DNA of 64,000 nt from Octopus sinensis (lineage: Eukaryota). Below are positions 41,919 through 53,573 of this stretch, piece by piece. The first letter of the stretch is position 1; the number at the start of each line of letters is the position of its first letter. The stretch covers positions 42,842,001-42,906,000 of the forward strand of contig NC_043009.1 of assembly GCF_006345805.1 (NCBI RefSeq). The letters run 5' to 3'. The translations under genes and the position numbers were made by a program. The notes under the pieces were generated by a model that had not been told where the DNA came from, did not search any database, and worked only from the letters and a program-made list of their open reading frames with translations.

Positions 41919-43872
41919 TCGTAATAATTATAAAGAAGTTGTAAAAATAAATTTATTATTATTAAATGTCTCGTTTGTTTGCTGCTCTGGCAGCAATACA
42001 ACAACTTATTGTTGTTCTTATTACTACTAATTAAATGAGTATTTTATTATTCACGGCTAGTGTCTTTCCCTCACTCACATACCACCCTTTCCTCTTTCTA
42101 TTATCTCTTTCTCCATCTCTCTCTTCTTCTCTCCCTCTTCCCCTTCCTCTCTCTCTCATTCTATTTCTCTTTGTATTTAAGCTACAATATTTCTATTTCT
42201 TATTCTCCTGCCATAAATCCCTCATTTTTCCTCTGACCTTCTGTAAACCCCATCAACTCTCTTCCCCCTTCTCTCCCCCTCACTCTCTCTCTCTCTCTTT
42301 TTCTTCACTTACCACTCTCTCTTTCCATACCTCTCACTTTCTCTTTCCCTCACCTCCTCTCTCTCTCTCTCTAGAAACTTAATATTTGCATACGTAAATA
42401 TGACAAGCCATACTAAAACTGCTTTCAATAGCGATTGCTTTATGTTATTCCTATCAATTATTTTGCTATGGAACTGGAGTCAGCAAAATATTTCCTTCAA
42501 TTGCTTTTTCTTGACTGTTTTCCTAAGAATCAAACAGCATTCCTCCTTCAAAAGAGTCTTTAAAATGGTCCTTAGAATCTTCACTCATAAGCACAGGCGT
42601 GGCTGTGTGGTAAGATGCTTGCTTCCTAACCACATGGTTCCATGTTCAATCACACTGCACGACACCTTGGGTAAGTGTCTTCTTCTGTAACCTCAGGCCA
42701 ACTAAAGCCTTGTGAGTGGAATTGGCAAACGGAAACTAAAAGAAACCCATCATATATGTATGTGTTTGTGTGCGTGTCTTTGTGTTTGTCCTCCACCATT
42801 ACTTGACAACCAATGTTGGTATGCTTACATTCTTGTAACTTAGTGGTTCAGCAAAAGACACTGATAGATTAAGTACTTGGCTTACAAAGGGTAAGTCCTG
42901 AGGTTGATTTCTTCAATTAAAATCCCTTTGAGGTGGTGCCCCAGCATGGCTGCAGTCAAATGACTGAAACAAGTAGAAGAATAATAGAATAAAAGAATAG
43001 AGCTTTCAAATAAAAGTGTTTAGTTCAAGAGAATTGAAGAATTGCAGAAGATTTGAGAAAGATTCCAAGATGACCATTATAATTTTGTGGCTTTACCTGT
43101 TCTATATATCAGTAAAGGTGTTAAAGTTTTTTGTTTTGTTTTTTGGATATATGAGTTATCTAAAAGTTGTAAGACAGCTTGGAATTTTTTATATTTTTAT
43201 ATTGATCTTGTTCCATTTATTTATTGCTGTTGTAGTTGGTGTTGCTGTTGTTCTCAAACACCAAGTCAATCTTGATTCCAATTATGATAAAAGGTATTAC
43301 AACCATGACCAACCTCTCTTAGCAATTTTTTTTTATTCCCATTGTTGCTCTTTGTGTTATCACTGAAGCTTCTGGAACCTCTAGCTGAACTATTTGGTGA
43401 GGAAATTTACAAAACTTACTTTCAAGTCTGCTGCCTATTTGATTACACACAAGCCAATTTGATTGCTCAACCCACGTTCACATAAGCATTGATACCTTTT
43501 GTTGTAACACAGTTAATTTCTTGCAGCCTGCTTTTTCTTTTATGATAATGAGTTAGTCTAGGGTCCAAAACTGGGGATCTGAACAAGATGCTCTGAAACT
43601 CAGTGGAATCTTCACTAAAAGCCTTTAGCCACTTCAAATCATCAGTTTTACACCATTCATATTCAGCAATGTGCTTCACCAGTGACTCATTAACACATCT
43701 GAGAAAGTTGCTGAAACCATCCTGTCACAAACCAAATTTCACCCACCACACAAGTAACAAATATGGCTGATAAAACCTAGAAGAATTCCCTCACTGTCCT
43801 CAAATTGGGTGGTGTTTATTCTTTGATACAATTGTATCAGGATGATCAACAAAAAAACAAAGCTTTCTTTTG

Positions 43873-44802
43873 TTAGGCTGTTCGGAAAAATTCTGCCCAA
43901 TTTTTGAAAATATTTTTTCAAATTCAATTTAAGATGTTACTTTTTAAGTGTTTTAGACAAAATTTTACATGCTTTATAATTGATGTATACTCATTAATAA
44001 ATTTCTTTATTGATTTCTTTCAGAATATAATTTTGAAGTGTAGAAATCCTTAATTTCAAACATAAAAGAAGAAATGCATTTACTTTTTTTACGTGAATTC
44101 AAGCTTGGACATAATGTGTTCCAAACAGCCACTAATATCAACAGAGCATGGGGTAACAGAACCACTAGTGATTGAACGGTATGATTGGATGGCGAGCTGG
44201 CAGAAACATTAGCACACCGGGTGAAATACATAGCCGTATTTTGTCTGCCATTACGTTCTGAGTTCAAATTCTGCCGAGGTCGACTTTGCCTTTCATCCTT
44301 TCGGGGTCGATAAATTAAGTACCAGTTACGCACTGGGGTCGATGTAATCGACTTAATCCATTTGTCTGTCCTCGTTTGTCCCCTCTGTGTTTAGCCCCTT
44401 GTGGGTAGTAAAGAAATAGGTATGAGAGTGGTTTGAGAGATTCCATAGATAGGATGAGAGCCTTGAAGATCAAGAAGGTAGAGGACATCCATCCACCCTT
44501 GATAATCAGGACTTAAAAACAATACAGCTTTCTGGAACCTAACCAGAGCATTACATCAGAATTTTACTGTTAGCAACTGGAAGAAGTGCATGTTCACTTG
44601 AGCAAAATGAGATCTGTACTTGTTAATCAACAAGGTCCAATTTTGCTCCACAATAATGCTCAACCGCATGTCTCTAGGAAGACACTGCAGAAGCTCACAC
44701 ACTTGGGATACAAGACTTTACCATATCCTCCATATTCTCCTGATCTTTCGCCCAGTGACTACCATTTTTTCAAGCATCTAGACACTTTTTTAAGGCAAAA
44801 AG
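43873..44802 (+). pseudogene. mariner (DD34D) transposase relic, internally deleted and interrupted by a SINE
   Basis: TIR-like ttaggctgttcggaaaa. N-terminal HTH region REFKLGHNVFQTATNINRAWG and WFERF..SLEDQEGRGHP. Catalytic region LLHNNAQPH...PYPPYSPDLSPSDYHFFKHLD. Contains stops and a D-to-N change. Confidence 0.88.
44188..44418 (+). mobile_element. tRNA-derived SINE family B inserted in mariner
   Basis: ggcgagctggcagaa...gagttcaaattc (B-box)...gcctttcatcctttcggggtcgataaattaagtaccag...aaagaaata. TSD ggtatga at 44178-44184 and 44419-44425. Confidence 0.88.
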
Positions 44803-45221
44803 CCCTTCAATTAGTGGTGCTGCAGCATGACCACAGCCAAATGACTCTAGGAAGTAAAAGACAAAAGATGAATGATGCTGGTCATCCTCAAGTGAATCTT
44901 CCAGTGGTGCCGCCAACCGTTTTTTGGTTTTGCTTACATCTTACTAACTCTCACCCACCAATTGTCTTTTCTTCTCAGGTCATCCTTTACATGTCTGTAT
45001 GCATATAGGTGAGTATATGAGATGCTTTTTCCATCAAGGTCCAAGTGCCAACTTCCATAGCACCAACCAGCTGGTGTCATTGGCAGTGACTGACTGATAT
45101 CAAGTTTTCTCACTCAACCTTGGTAACCCCTTAGACAATGCTCATTACCAAAGTAATTGTAAACCAATTAATATGATACTCTCTCACAACCATACACACA
45201 TATTCTTTTCTACTCTATGAA

Positions 45222-45624
45222 CAGGCGCAGGAGTGGCTGTGTGGTAAGTATCTTGCTTACAAACCACATGGTTCTGCGTTCAGTCCCACTGTGTGGCACC
45301 TTGGGCAAGTGTCTCCTACTATAGCCTCGGGCTGACCAAAGCCTTGTGAGTGGATTTGGTAGACGGAAACTGAAAAAAGCCAGTCGTATATATGTATATG
45401 TATATATATATGTGTGTGTGTGTGTGTGTCTGTCTTTGTCCCCACAACATCGCTTGACAACCAATGCTGGTGTGTTTACATCCCCGTAACTTAACAATTC
45501 AGCAAAGAGACCGATAGAATAAGTACTAGGCTTACAAAGAATAAGTCCTGGGGTCGATTTGCTTGACTAAAGGCAATGCTCCAGCATGGCTGCAGTCAAA
45601 TGACTGAAACAAGTAAAAGAGTAA
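45222..45624 (+). mobile_element. SINE family A
   Basis: Full copy from aggcgcaggagtggctgtgtgg to aagtaaaagagt. Further copies or fragments at ~7056, 15240-16025, 19513-19940, 27092, 33263, 41182-41860, 42590-43000, 46260-46756, 56762, 61568-61975. Confidence 0.85.
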
Positions 45625-46471
45625 GGCCCAGAATTTTGGCCCAGTCAATTAGATCAACCCCAATACACAACTGGTACTTAATCTATTGACCCTAAAGGGT
45701 GACAGGCAAAATCAACCTCTGTGGAATTTGAACTCAGAACGTAAAGACAGACGAAGTACTGCTAAGCATTTCGCCCCGCATGCTAACGTTTCTGCCAGCT
45801 CGCCACCTTGCACTTACATACACATTTGTATCTCCTTAATTGTCTATCTAATAATGCTATGATGATGATGATGATGATGATGGACAGTGGCATTAGAAGC
45901 TCTTTGCTGGAATAATTCCTTACAGCTGGTCATTACAGAGTGCTTATTATTATCACAAGAGGCTGTTTTCATTTATTCATATATTTGTCATTAGCTTAAC
46001 ATTACTGTAAACTTTAACGTTAACCAATGGTAACCCTTCTCTGGGTATGTGTTTGTGTGTGTGTGTGGTGTGTGTGTGTGTGTGCGCACGCGTTTGTATG
46101 TGTGTGTGTCTGTATGCAAATGCATATAGTTGTCTATGATTGAATGTGTGTGTGTGTATTTACGTTTGCAATTATGAGTGAATGTATGTGTTTATGTGTG
46201 TGGACATGTGTGTATCTATGTGTGTGTGCGTGTGTGATTATGGGTATTCTTTTTTTTTATTCTTTTACTTGCTTCAGTCATTTGACTTTGGCCATGCTGG
46301 AGCACCCTCCAGGACTTATTCTTTGTAAGCCTTGTACTTATTCTACTGATCTCTTTTGACAAACCACTAAGTACACAGACATAAACACACCAGCAGTTGT
46401 CGAGTGATGTGGGTGGGGACAAATACAGACACACAAATACATACATATATACATAAATACATACACATATA

Positions 46472-46518
<47 letters not shown>

Positions 46519-46559
46519 TATAAATATATATATGTATGTATGTATTATGTGTATATGTA

Positions 46560-46602
<43 letters not shown>

Positions 46603-47181
46603 GACGGGCTTCTTTCAGTTTCCCCCTACCAATCCACTCACAAAGCTTTGGTCGGCTTGAGGCTATAGTAAAAAACACTTACCCAAGGTGCCATGCAGTG
46701 GGACTGAACCCGTAACCTTGTGGTTGGGAAGCAAGTTTCTTAACACATAGCCACTCGTTTATAAAAGCAGCAAAATCAAAACAAAACAACAATAATTACG
46801 ATTATAATCATCATCTGTTGTAGTAGTAGTAGTAGTATAAAATAAGGCAAAAATCTCCTCCATCATTTACCAAAAAAATTCAAAGCATAAGAAATTAAAA
46901 ACAAAATACTTTAGCACCAAATAACAAAAACAACAACACAAACAATAGTATTGTAACTACAACATAAAAGCCTCAAAGTGGTTGCACGGTTTGCTAGAAA
47001 TAGCAACCAACTCTCTTTCGAATTACACTGGATTATCTTGAAAAATGAACAAGAAACCACATGGATAATGTGGTCCAAGATACACAACATCAGTAAGAAA
47101 CAATTTGGATGGTCATGGTTGGAATACTTTTGATTGTAGGTCTGCTCACTGAGGGCCAACCTAGGCAGACTTCTGGTTTAA

Positions 47182-47906
47182 GCACCTCATAAAGCCCCTC
47201 ATAACTTTTTTTATTTTTGGAATTTTTAGAAACTTTTTGAAGATTTGGGTTCTACACATGGGAATACAATTAGGTAAAAGAAATTTTGTTTTTGTTTTTT
47301 AAACCCCTCTCCCTCCCCCACGCATAGATCCTAAAATTCCATCCTTTTATGACTTTTTTTTCTAAATCTGGGTTTAAAATATGGTCAGTCTGAATTTTTT
47401 GCTTAAATCCCAGCAATGGATCACCCATGTGTGCATTAAATGTGTTTATGGGGAGAAAAATATTCCTTTCGCCTATAGGCACAAGGCCAAAAATTTTAGT
47501 GGGAGAGAACTAGTCGGATTACAGCAAACCCAGTGTTTCATCAACCCCGAAAGGGCAAAAGGCAAAAATGACCTTGGCAGATTTTGAACCCAGAACATGA
47601 AGACAGACAAAATACTGCTAAGCACTTCACCTGGTGTGCTAATGAGTCTGCCAGCTCACTGCCCATATGGGGAGAAAAATATTGGAAAAACATCAATACA
47701 TGTCAGAACAACAAAGAAACAAGGAAGGTATCAGGTGGTCATGAGGTATGCTAAAAATAACAGCTAGACTGCCAAATAGCCCTTAAATCACATTCAAAAT
47801 ATATTTTGCATAATCGTATGAATTTCTATATGTAGAAGACAAATTTACAAAAGTTTTCTGAAAATTCCAAAAAATGAAAAAAGTTCTAAGGGGTTATATG
47901 GGGTGC
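47182..47906. mobile_element. TTAA-flanked MITE with ~80 bp TIRs, containing a nested SINE
   Basis: TTAA|GCACCTCATAAAGCCCCT...AGGGGTTATATGGGGTGC|TTAA. The SINE at 47465-47665 is flanked by an 18 bp TSD tatggggagaaaaatatt. Confidence 0.65.
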
Positions 47907-48789
47907 TTAACCCTTTCGTTACCAACCCGGCTGAAACCGGCTCTGGCTCTGAGTACAAATGTAAGTGCTAAGTGCAAGCCCTTCAACCAGTGGTCAATGG
48001 GTCTGACTACTATAGTAATGGTCATTTAGTCTACCATAAACAGACCAAGTCACTTGACCGGAAACTAAGGAGGAGATTTTACTGTTGATGATGAGGTAGA
48101 AGAGGAGAGAGAAGAGGATTGTTTGTGTGGAAATCAGGTAATTACTAGTTCTCCTGGTCAAGCATTTCCTGCTTGTGGCTGGTCAATAATGGCTCCTTTG
48201 TGTGTGAGTGTGTGTATGCATGTGAGCACGTGTTGGTGTGTATGTGTGTGTGTGCCTTTTTATGCATCTGTTTGTGTGTGTACATGTGTGTGTGGGAGGA
48301 GTGTCTGTACGTGTGTGTGAGCATGTGTGTGTATGTGTGTGTGAGAAAGTGTTGGTGTATGTGTGCATGTATGTGCATCTGTGTGTGTGTGTTCATGTGT
48401 GTGTATGTGTGTGTAAGCATTTGTGAGCATGTGTGTGTGAGTATATATGTGTTTATTCATGCGCATGAAGTTGGGTATGAATGAGGATGTGTAAATGCAT
48501 GCATTTATGTGTGTGTGCATGTTTGTGTGTCTCTGTGCATGTGTTTGAGTGTGTATGTGTGTTTAGCAGTGTATAAGTATGTATGTATTTGAGTTTGTTT
48601 TGAAGGAGTGTAGCCATATGTGTTTAAGTGTGTCTTTGTGTGTATGTGCATTTGTATGATTGTGTGTACACATGTTTGTATGTTCAGTTGTAAGTGAAAA
48701 TGCGTATGTGTGTGTGAGTATACATGTCACTATGTAATCATATTTTTGTGTTTATATGTTAGTATCGTGAGTATATGTATATGTATATA

Positions 48790-48826
48790 GGTAGATAGAT
48801 AGATAGATTGAGAGAGAGAGAGAGAA

Positions 48827-48883
<57 letters not shown>

Positions 48884-49080
48884 GGTAGACAGACAGACAG
48901 ACATACAGACAGACAGATGGACGGATGGACGAATGGATGGATGTATGGATGAATGGATGGATGGATGGATGGATGGATGGATGGATGGACAGGCAGATGG
49001 ACAGACAGATGGACAGAAGGACAACAGACAGACAAACAGATGGATAAATCTATGGATGGATGGACAGACAGACAGATAGA
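48790..49080. repeat. Compound (GATA)n/(GACA)n/(GGAT)n tetranucleotide array
   Basis: Direct inspection. Confidence 0.95.
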
Positions 49081-49227
49081 GAGAAAGAGAAAGAGAGAGA
49101 GGGGGAGAGAGATATCTACATGAGTGCATGTGTATGTGTATAAGTGCCAGAGTATGTCAGTTTATGATCGTGCATGTGGGGGTGTGATTGTGTCAATATG
49201 TGAATCTGTGTCCATGTAAATATATAC

Positions 49228-49265
<38 letters not shown>

Positions 49266-49924
49266 ATGTGTGTGCATGTGCATGTGTGTGTGTGTGTGTG
49301 TTGCAATGATTTAGACTGATTAAGACTATCCCTAGTGTTGTCTCCCTCTACCCCTTTCTCACCAGTGCTGCTGCCACCACACCATTCTTGGTCAGTTTTT
49401 GGTGCCAGGTCAATTGAACCAAGTATTTCCACCACATCTTAACATTCAAAAATAGGTAGCTAATAAATGTTTTGAAAGATGTTTCTGTTGTATCATCATT
49501 TAACGTTTGTCATTCATGCTGGCATGGGTTAGATGGTTTGACGGGAACTGGCAAGCAGGAGAGTTGCACCAGAGCCCATTGTTTGCTTTGGTATAGTTTC
49601 CGCAGATGGATGCCCTTCTTAATGCCAACCATTTTCCAGAGAGTTCTAGGTGCATTTTTCGTGGCACCAGCACCAGCAGGGTCCCTTGAACTGGGAGAAA
49701 TAGTATTGAGAGAAGAGGGTTTGAGCCATTTGATGAGTAGTTAAAAATATAATAGAGAGGGGTAGAGATTATGATATATATGTGTGTGTATTGTACATGA
49801 AATTTTTTTAACTAATCCTTCAAGTTTAATGGTAAATTTCTTTTTTTTAATACAACTTAATATGAAACATATGTCGTATATGGAAAAGTTTAGAAGAATG
49901 TACAGAATAGCTATAATAATAATA

Positions 49925-49956
<32 letters not shown>

Positions 49957-50869
49957 AGATTTTTAAGAAGTAATGAAAGCCTCATTCTTTAGTTTATTTA
50001 TATACACACATATAAAGGATCTTTAGCTTTTCCCAAGGAAATAAAATGAAACTCTATGAAACACTGCTTGATTCTCTGTGTCATTATTACGTTATGTCTA
50101 ACACTTGAGATTTAATCTCTGTGTTTCTGCAGAAGTAAACATAATTTCCTTCTATGGAGAAAAGCAGGGTGGACATGAATGTCATGAAATTTCCCTTTGA
50201 AAGTTATGAACTGAATAGAGTGCAGGAGTCATGTGACATGTATTTGAGCTATCGTCAGTGTATTGTATTCTATGAGATAAACATGTTAAGAGATCATGTA
50301 ATCAGAAAAAAGTGGCATCCCTTGCAGAAATGAGGTCATTTGACTAAGGAAAAATTGATTTGAGTCCAAACTGAAGTTAAAAATTTTTATGGTAGACCTA
50401 GTGATACATCTTAGGAACATATAAGGTATAAAAGAACAAAGTAATCAAAACATGGAACCACTGAATCCAGCTGATCCTAAACTAAGATCTTTAGTGTCAA
50501 GTCCAAAAACCCAACCACAGTTTATAGTTTTACTTGTTAACCTTAATGCTCAAAGACCACATACACATTACATACAAGTCTCCAAGAATTTCCTGAAATA
50601 CATTCACTCTGTGCTTCGAAATTTTGAAAGCTAAAAGCTTTCTATATAAGTTTTGACAAAACATTGGTAGAAAATATACAGACATGATAAATGAATGGTC
50701 CAAACCAAAGCACATCATCACAGCTCTAGTGTTGGTAATGAAAATAAACAACTTTAACTTTGATAGAAAAATAGACAGGTTAAAGTAATCATTATGGGCA
50801 CAAAAGTAGCACCTACTTATGCAAATTTCTATTTTCTCATGGTCTGGACAGCATACTACTAATTGTTGA

Positions 50870-51240
50870 TTTTCTTTCTCATCTCCTTTGTGGAGTTCAA
50901 CATCCTTAGATCCATCTTTCTTGCATTTGTCTGTTACTTTCTTGGTCTTCCTCAGCCATTGGTTCCTTCCAGATGTAACATTTTTCATCCCGTCATCATT
51001 TACATGTATTATATGTCCATGTGAGTGTACAAAACCTCATATGCTCCACCTAATTCCTTTTATATCCAATTTTACTCTTAGTTCCTCTGTGCTCATCATT
51101 CATGAAGACTGGCATTACACATTCAATGGTTTAGCCATACTTCATTTCTTTCCAGCCAACATACATCCTAAGTTTTCAGGCTGCATGTTTGACTACGAAG
51201 TAACATTGGAATTCATATACAAGCATTGTAAACAACCTTT
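50870..51240 (-). mobile_element. Highly decayed RTE-like LINE fragment
   Basis: Nucleotide similarity to the 23775-24040 region (ggaaggaacc...gaggaagaccaag...acaaaggagatga). Confidence 0.4.
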
Positions 51241-52026
51241 TACTCAGTGAGAGAACCCTACTGTTGTCCTGAAATTCTGCCACGCCAAACTATGTCAGGT
51301 TATTATATTTGCTTGCAGAGGACTCTTCTCTACTGCTAATCAAGCCATCTAGGTCATGGAGACTATCAATAATTTGTTTAACCCATTTAGAGCCTTGAAA
51401 AGGAATTTATTACTGGTGATCTGATGGTAATTTAATGCTGTATATCTACCATTGGATAAAGTTTGTGTTTATACTTTCAGATTGCTAGCATTCAACTAAA
51501 TCCAGTTGTTAAACCATAGATCAGGTTGGGTGCATCATATGGAATTTCAGTATACTCCTTTATATATATGAGTGTGTATGTATGCATGTATTCAGTGTCT
51601 GTACATATACATGTAAAAGGTAGGTATGTATATAAATAAATATATATGTGTGTGTGTGTGTGTGTATGTGTGTTTGCATATATGTATATGTGTGTGTATA
51701 TATATATGTATGTATATGTATGTATGTATATATATTATATATATATATAATTAATTAATAAGGGTGAGAGAATTAGATACTAATTTAATAGTATATCTAT
51801 TCAACACCAGTGGCTAGTGCTCCGAGAAACCTGGATTATTATATATTTTATAATATATTATATATTTTTACAAAATAAATATAAGAGAGTGGTCACTATA
51901 TGGCTCACTCTAGCACCAGTTAATCCAAAAGGTTTCAACCACAAAAATACATGTTTCCCATGAAAGTCAGTACGATTGTTAGCTCACACGGACAGGGCAA
52001 ATAAAAAATAACAAAAATACAGATTA

Positions 52027-52108
52027 TTTTGGGACAATTGTTTCGCTATTAATGAATTAAATGTAATTTTACTTACAAAAAAATCCACTTGTAGCTCCTC
52101 AGCCAAAA
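52027..52108 (-). ncRNA. Type I hammerhead ribozyme, copy 1
   Basis: Minus strand reads UUUUGG-CUGAGGA-GCUA-[43 nt loop]-UAGC-GAAA-CAAUUG-UC^CCAAAA. Complete core, 6 bp stem I, stem II closed by G10.1-C11.1, palindromic minimal stem III, GUC cleavage triplet (cut between 52033 and 52032). Confidence 0.93.
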
Positions 52109-52561
52109 CTATCTGGATGAAATCCACTCAATCACACGCCAGATTTTACCATAACGAAATACGCGTGTGGTTCAATTGATTACATCCGACGTTATAATTC
52201 AAATGCCCCAACTAACCAGCGCGCCAAACTTTCACGGAAAACAAATACAGCATTTAGAAATAAATGCAGCATAATTATAATTAATTAATAAGGGTGAGAG
52301 AATTAGATACTAATTTAATAGTATATCTATTCAACACCAAGTGGCCTAGTGCTCCGAGAAACCTGGTGGATTATTATAATATTTTATAATATATATTATA
52401 TATTTTTACAAAATAAATATAAGAGAGGGTCACTATATGGCTCACTCTAGCACCAGTTAATCCAAAAGGTTTCAACACAAAAATACATGTTTCCCATGAA
52501 AGTCAGTACGATTGTTAGCTCACACGGACAGGGCAAAATAAAATAACAAAAATACAGATTA

Positions 52562-52643
52562 TTTTGGGACAATTGTTTCGCTATTAATGAATTAAATGTA
52601 ATTTTACTTACAAAAAAATCCACTTGTAGCTCCTCAGCCAAAA
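52562..52643 (-). ncRNA. Type I hammerhead ribozyme, copy 2
   Basis: Same core and stems as copy 1 (+ strand ttttgggacaattgtttcgcta...tagctcctcagccaaaa). Confidence 0.93.
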
Positions 52644-53093
52644 CTATCTGGATGAAATCCACCAATATCACACGCCAGATTTTACCATAACGATAAATAC
52701 GCGTGTGGTTCAATTGATTACATCCGACGTTATAATTCAAATGCCCCAACCAACAGCGCGCCAAACTTTCACGGAAAACAAATACAGCATTTAGAAATAA
52801 ATGCAGCATAATTATAATTAATTAATAAGGGTGAGAGAATTAGATACTAATTTAATAGATATCTATTCAACACCAAGTGGCCTAGTGCTCCGAGAAACCT
52901 GGATTATTATAATTTTATAATATATTATAATATTTTTACAAAATAAATATAAGAGAGTGGTCACTATATGGCTCACTCTAGCACCAGTTAATCCAAAAGG
53001 TTTCAACCACAAAAATACATGTTCCCATGAAAGTCAGTACGATTGTTAGCTCACACGGACAGGGCAAATAAAAAATAACAAAAATACAGATTA

Positions 53094-53177
53094 TTTTGGG
53101 ACAATTGTTTCGCTATTAATGAATTAAATGTAATTTTACTTACAAAAAAAAATCCACTTGTAGCTCCTCAGCCAAAA
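53094..53177 (-). ncRNA. Type I hammerhead ribozyme, copy 3
   Basis: Same core and stems as copy 1; only the A-run in loop II differs in length. Confidence 0.93.
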
Positions 53178-53526
53178 CTATCTGGATGAAATCCACTCAA
53201 TCACACGCCAGATTTTACCATAACGATAAATACGGTGTGGTTCAATTGATTACATCCGACGTTATAATTCAAATGCCCCAACTAACAGCGCGCCGCCAAC
53301 TTTCACGGAAAACAAATACAGCATTTAGAAATAAATGCAGCATAATTATAATTAATTAATAAGGGTGAGAGAATTAGATACTAATTTAATAGTATATCTA
53401 TTCAACACCAAGTGGCCTAGTGCTCCGAGAAACCTGGATTATTATAATATTTTATAATATATTATAATATTTTTACAAAATAAATATAAGAGAGTGGTCA
53501 CTATATGGCTCACTCTAGCACCAGTT

Positions 53527-53573
<47 letters not shown>

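Larger units (their letters stand above)
51746..53533 (-). mobile_element. Tandem array (3 full + 1 partial) of a ~533 bp non-coding unit, each full unit with a type I hammerhead ribozyme; retrozyme / non-autonomous Penelope-like element
   Basis: The marker ttaattaataagggtgagag recurs at 51751, 52281, 52818 and 53352. The last unit is truncated at ccagttaatccaa (53533). Copies differ almost only by small indels. Both ends abut (TA)n. No protein-like ORF. Confidence 0.88.

Noticed and set aside
45222-45300. tRNA gene calls at SINE heads
   Set aside because: A and B boxes are present but there is no full cloverleaf, and they continue into SINE bodies.
52447-52809. 120 aa ORF in the tandem array
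   Set aside because: Not preserved in the other units because of indels; no recognisable motif.
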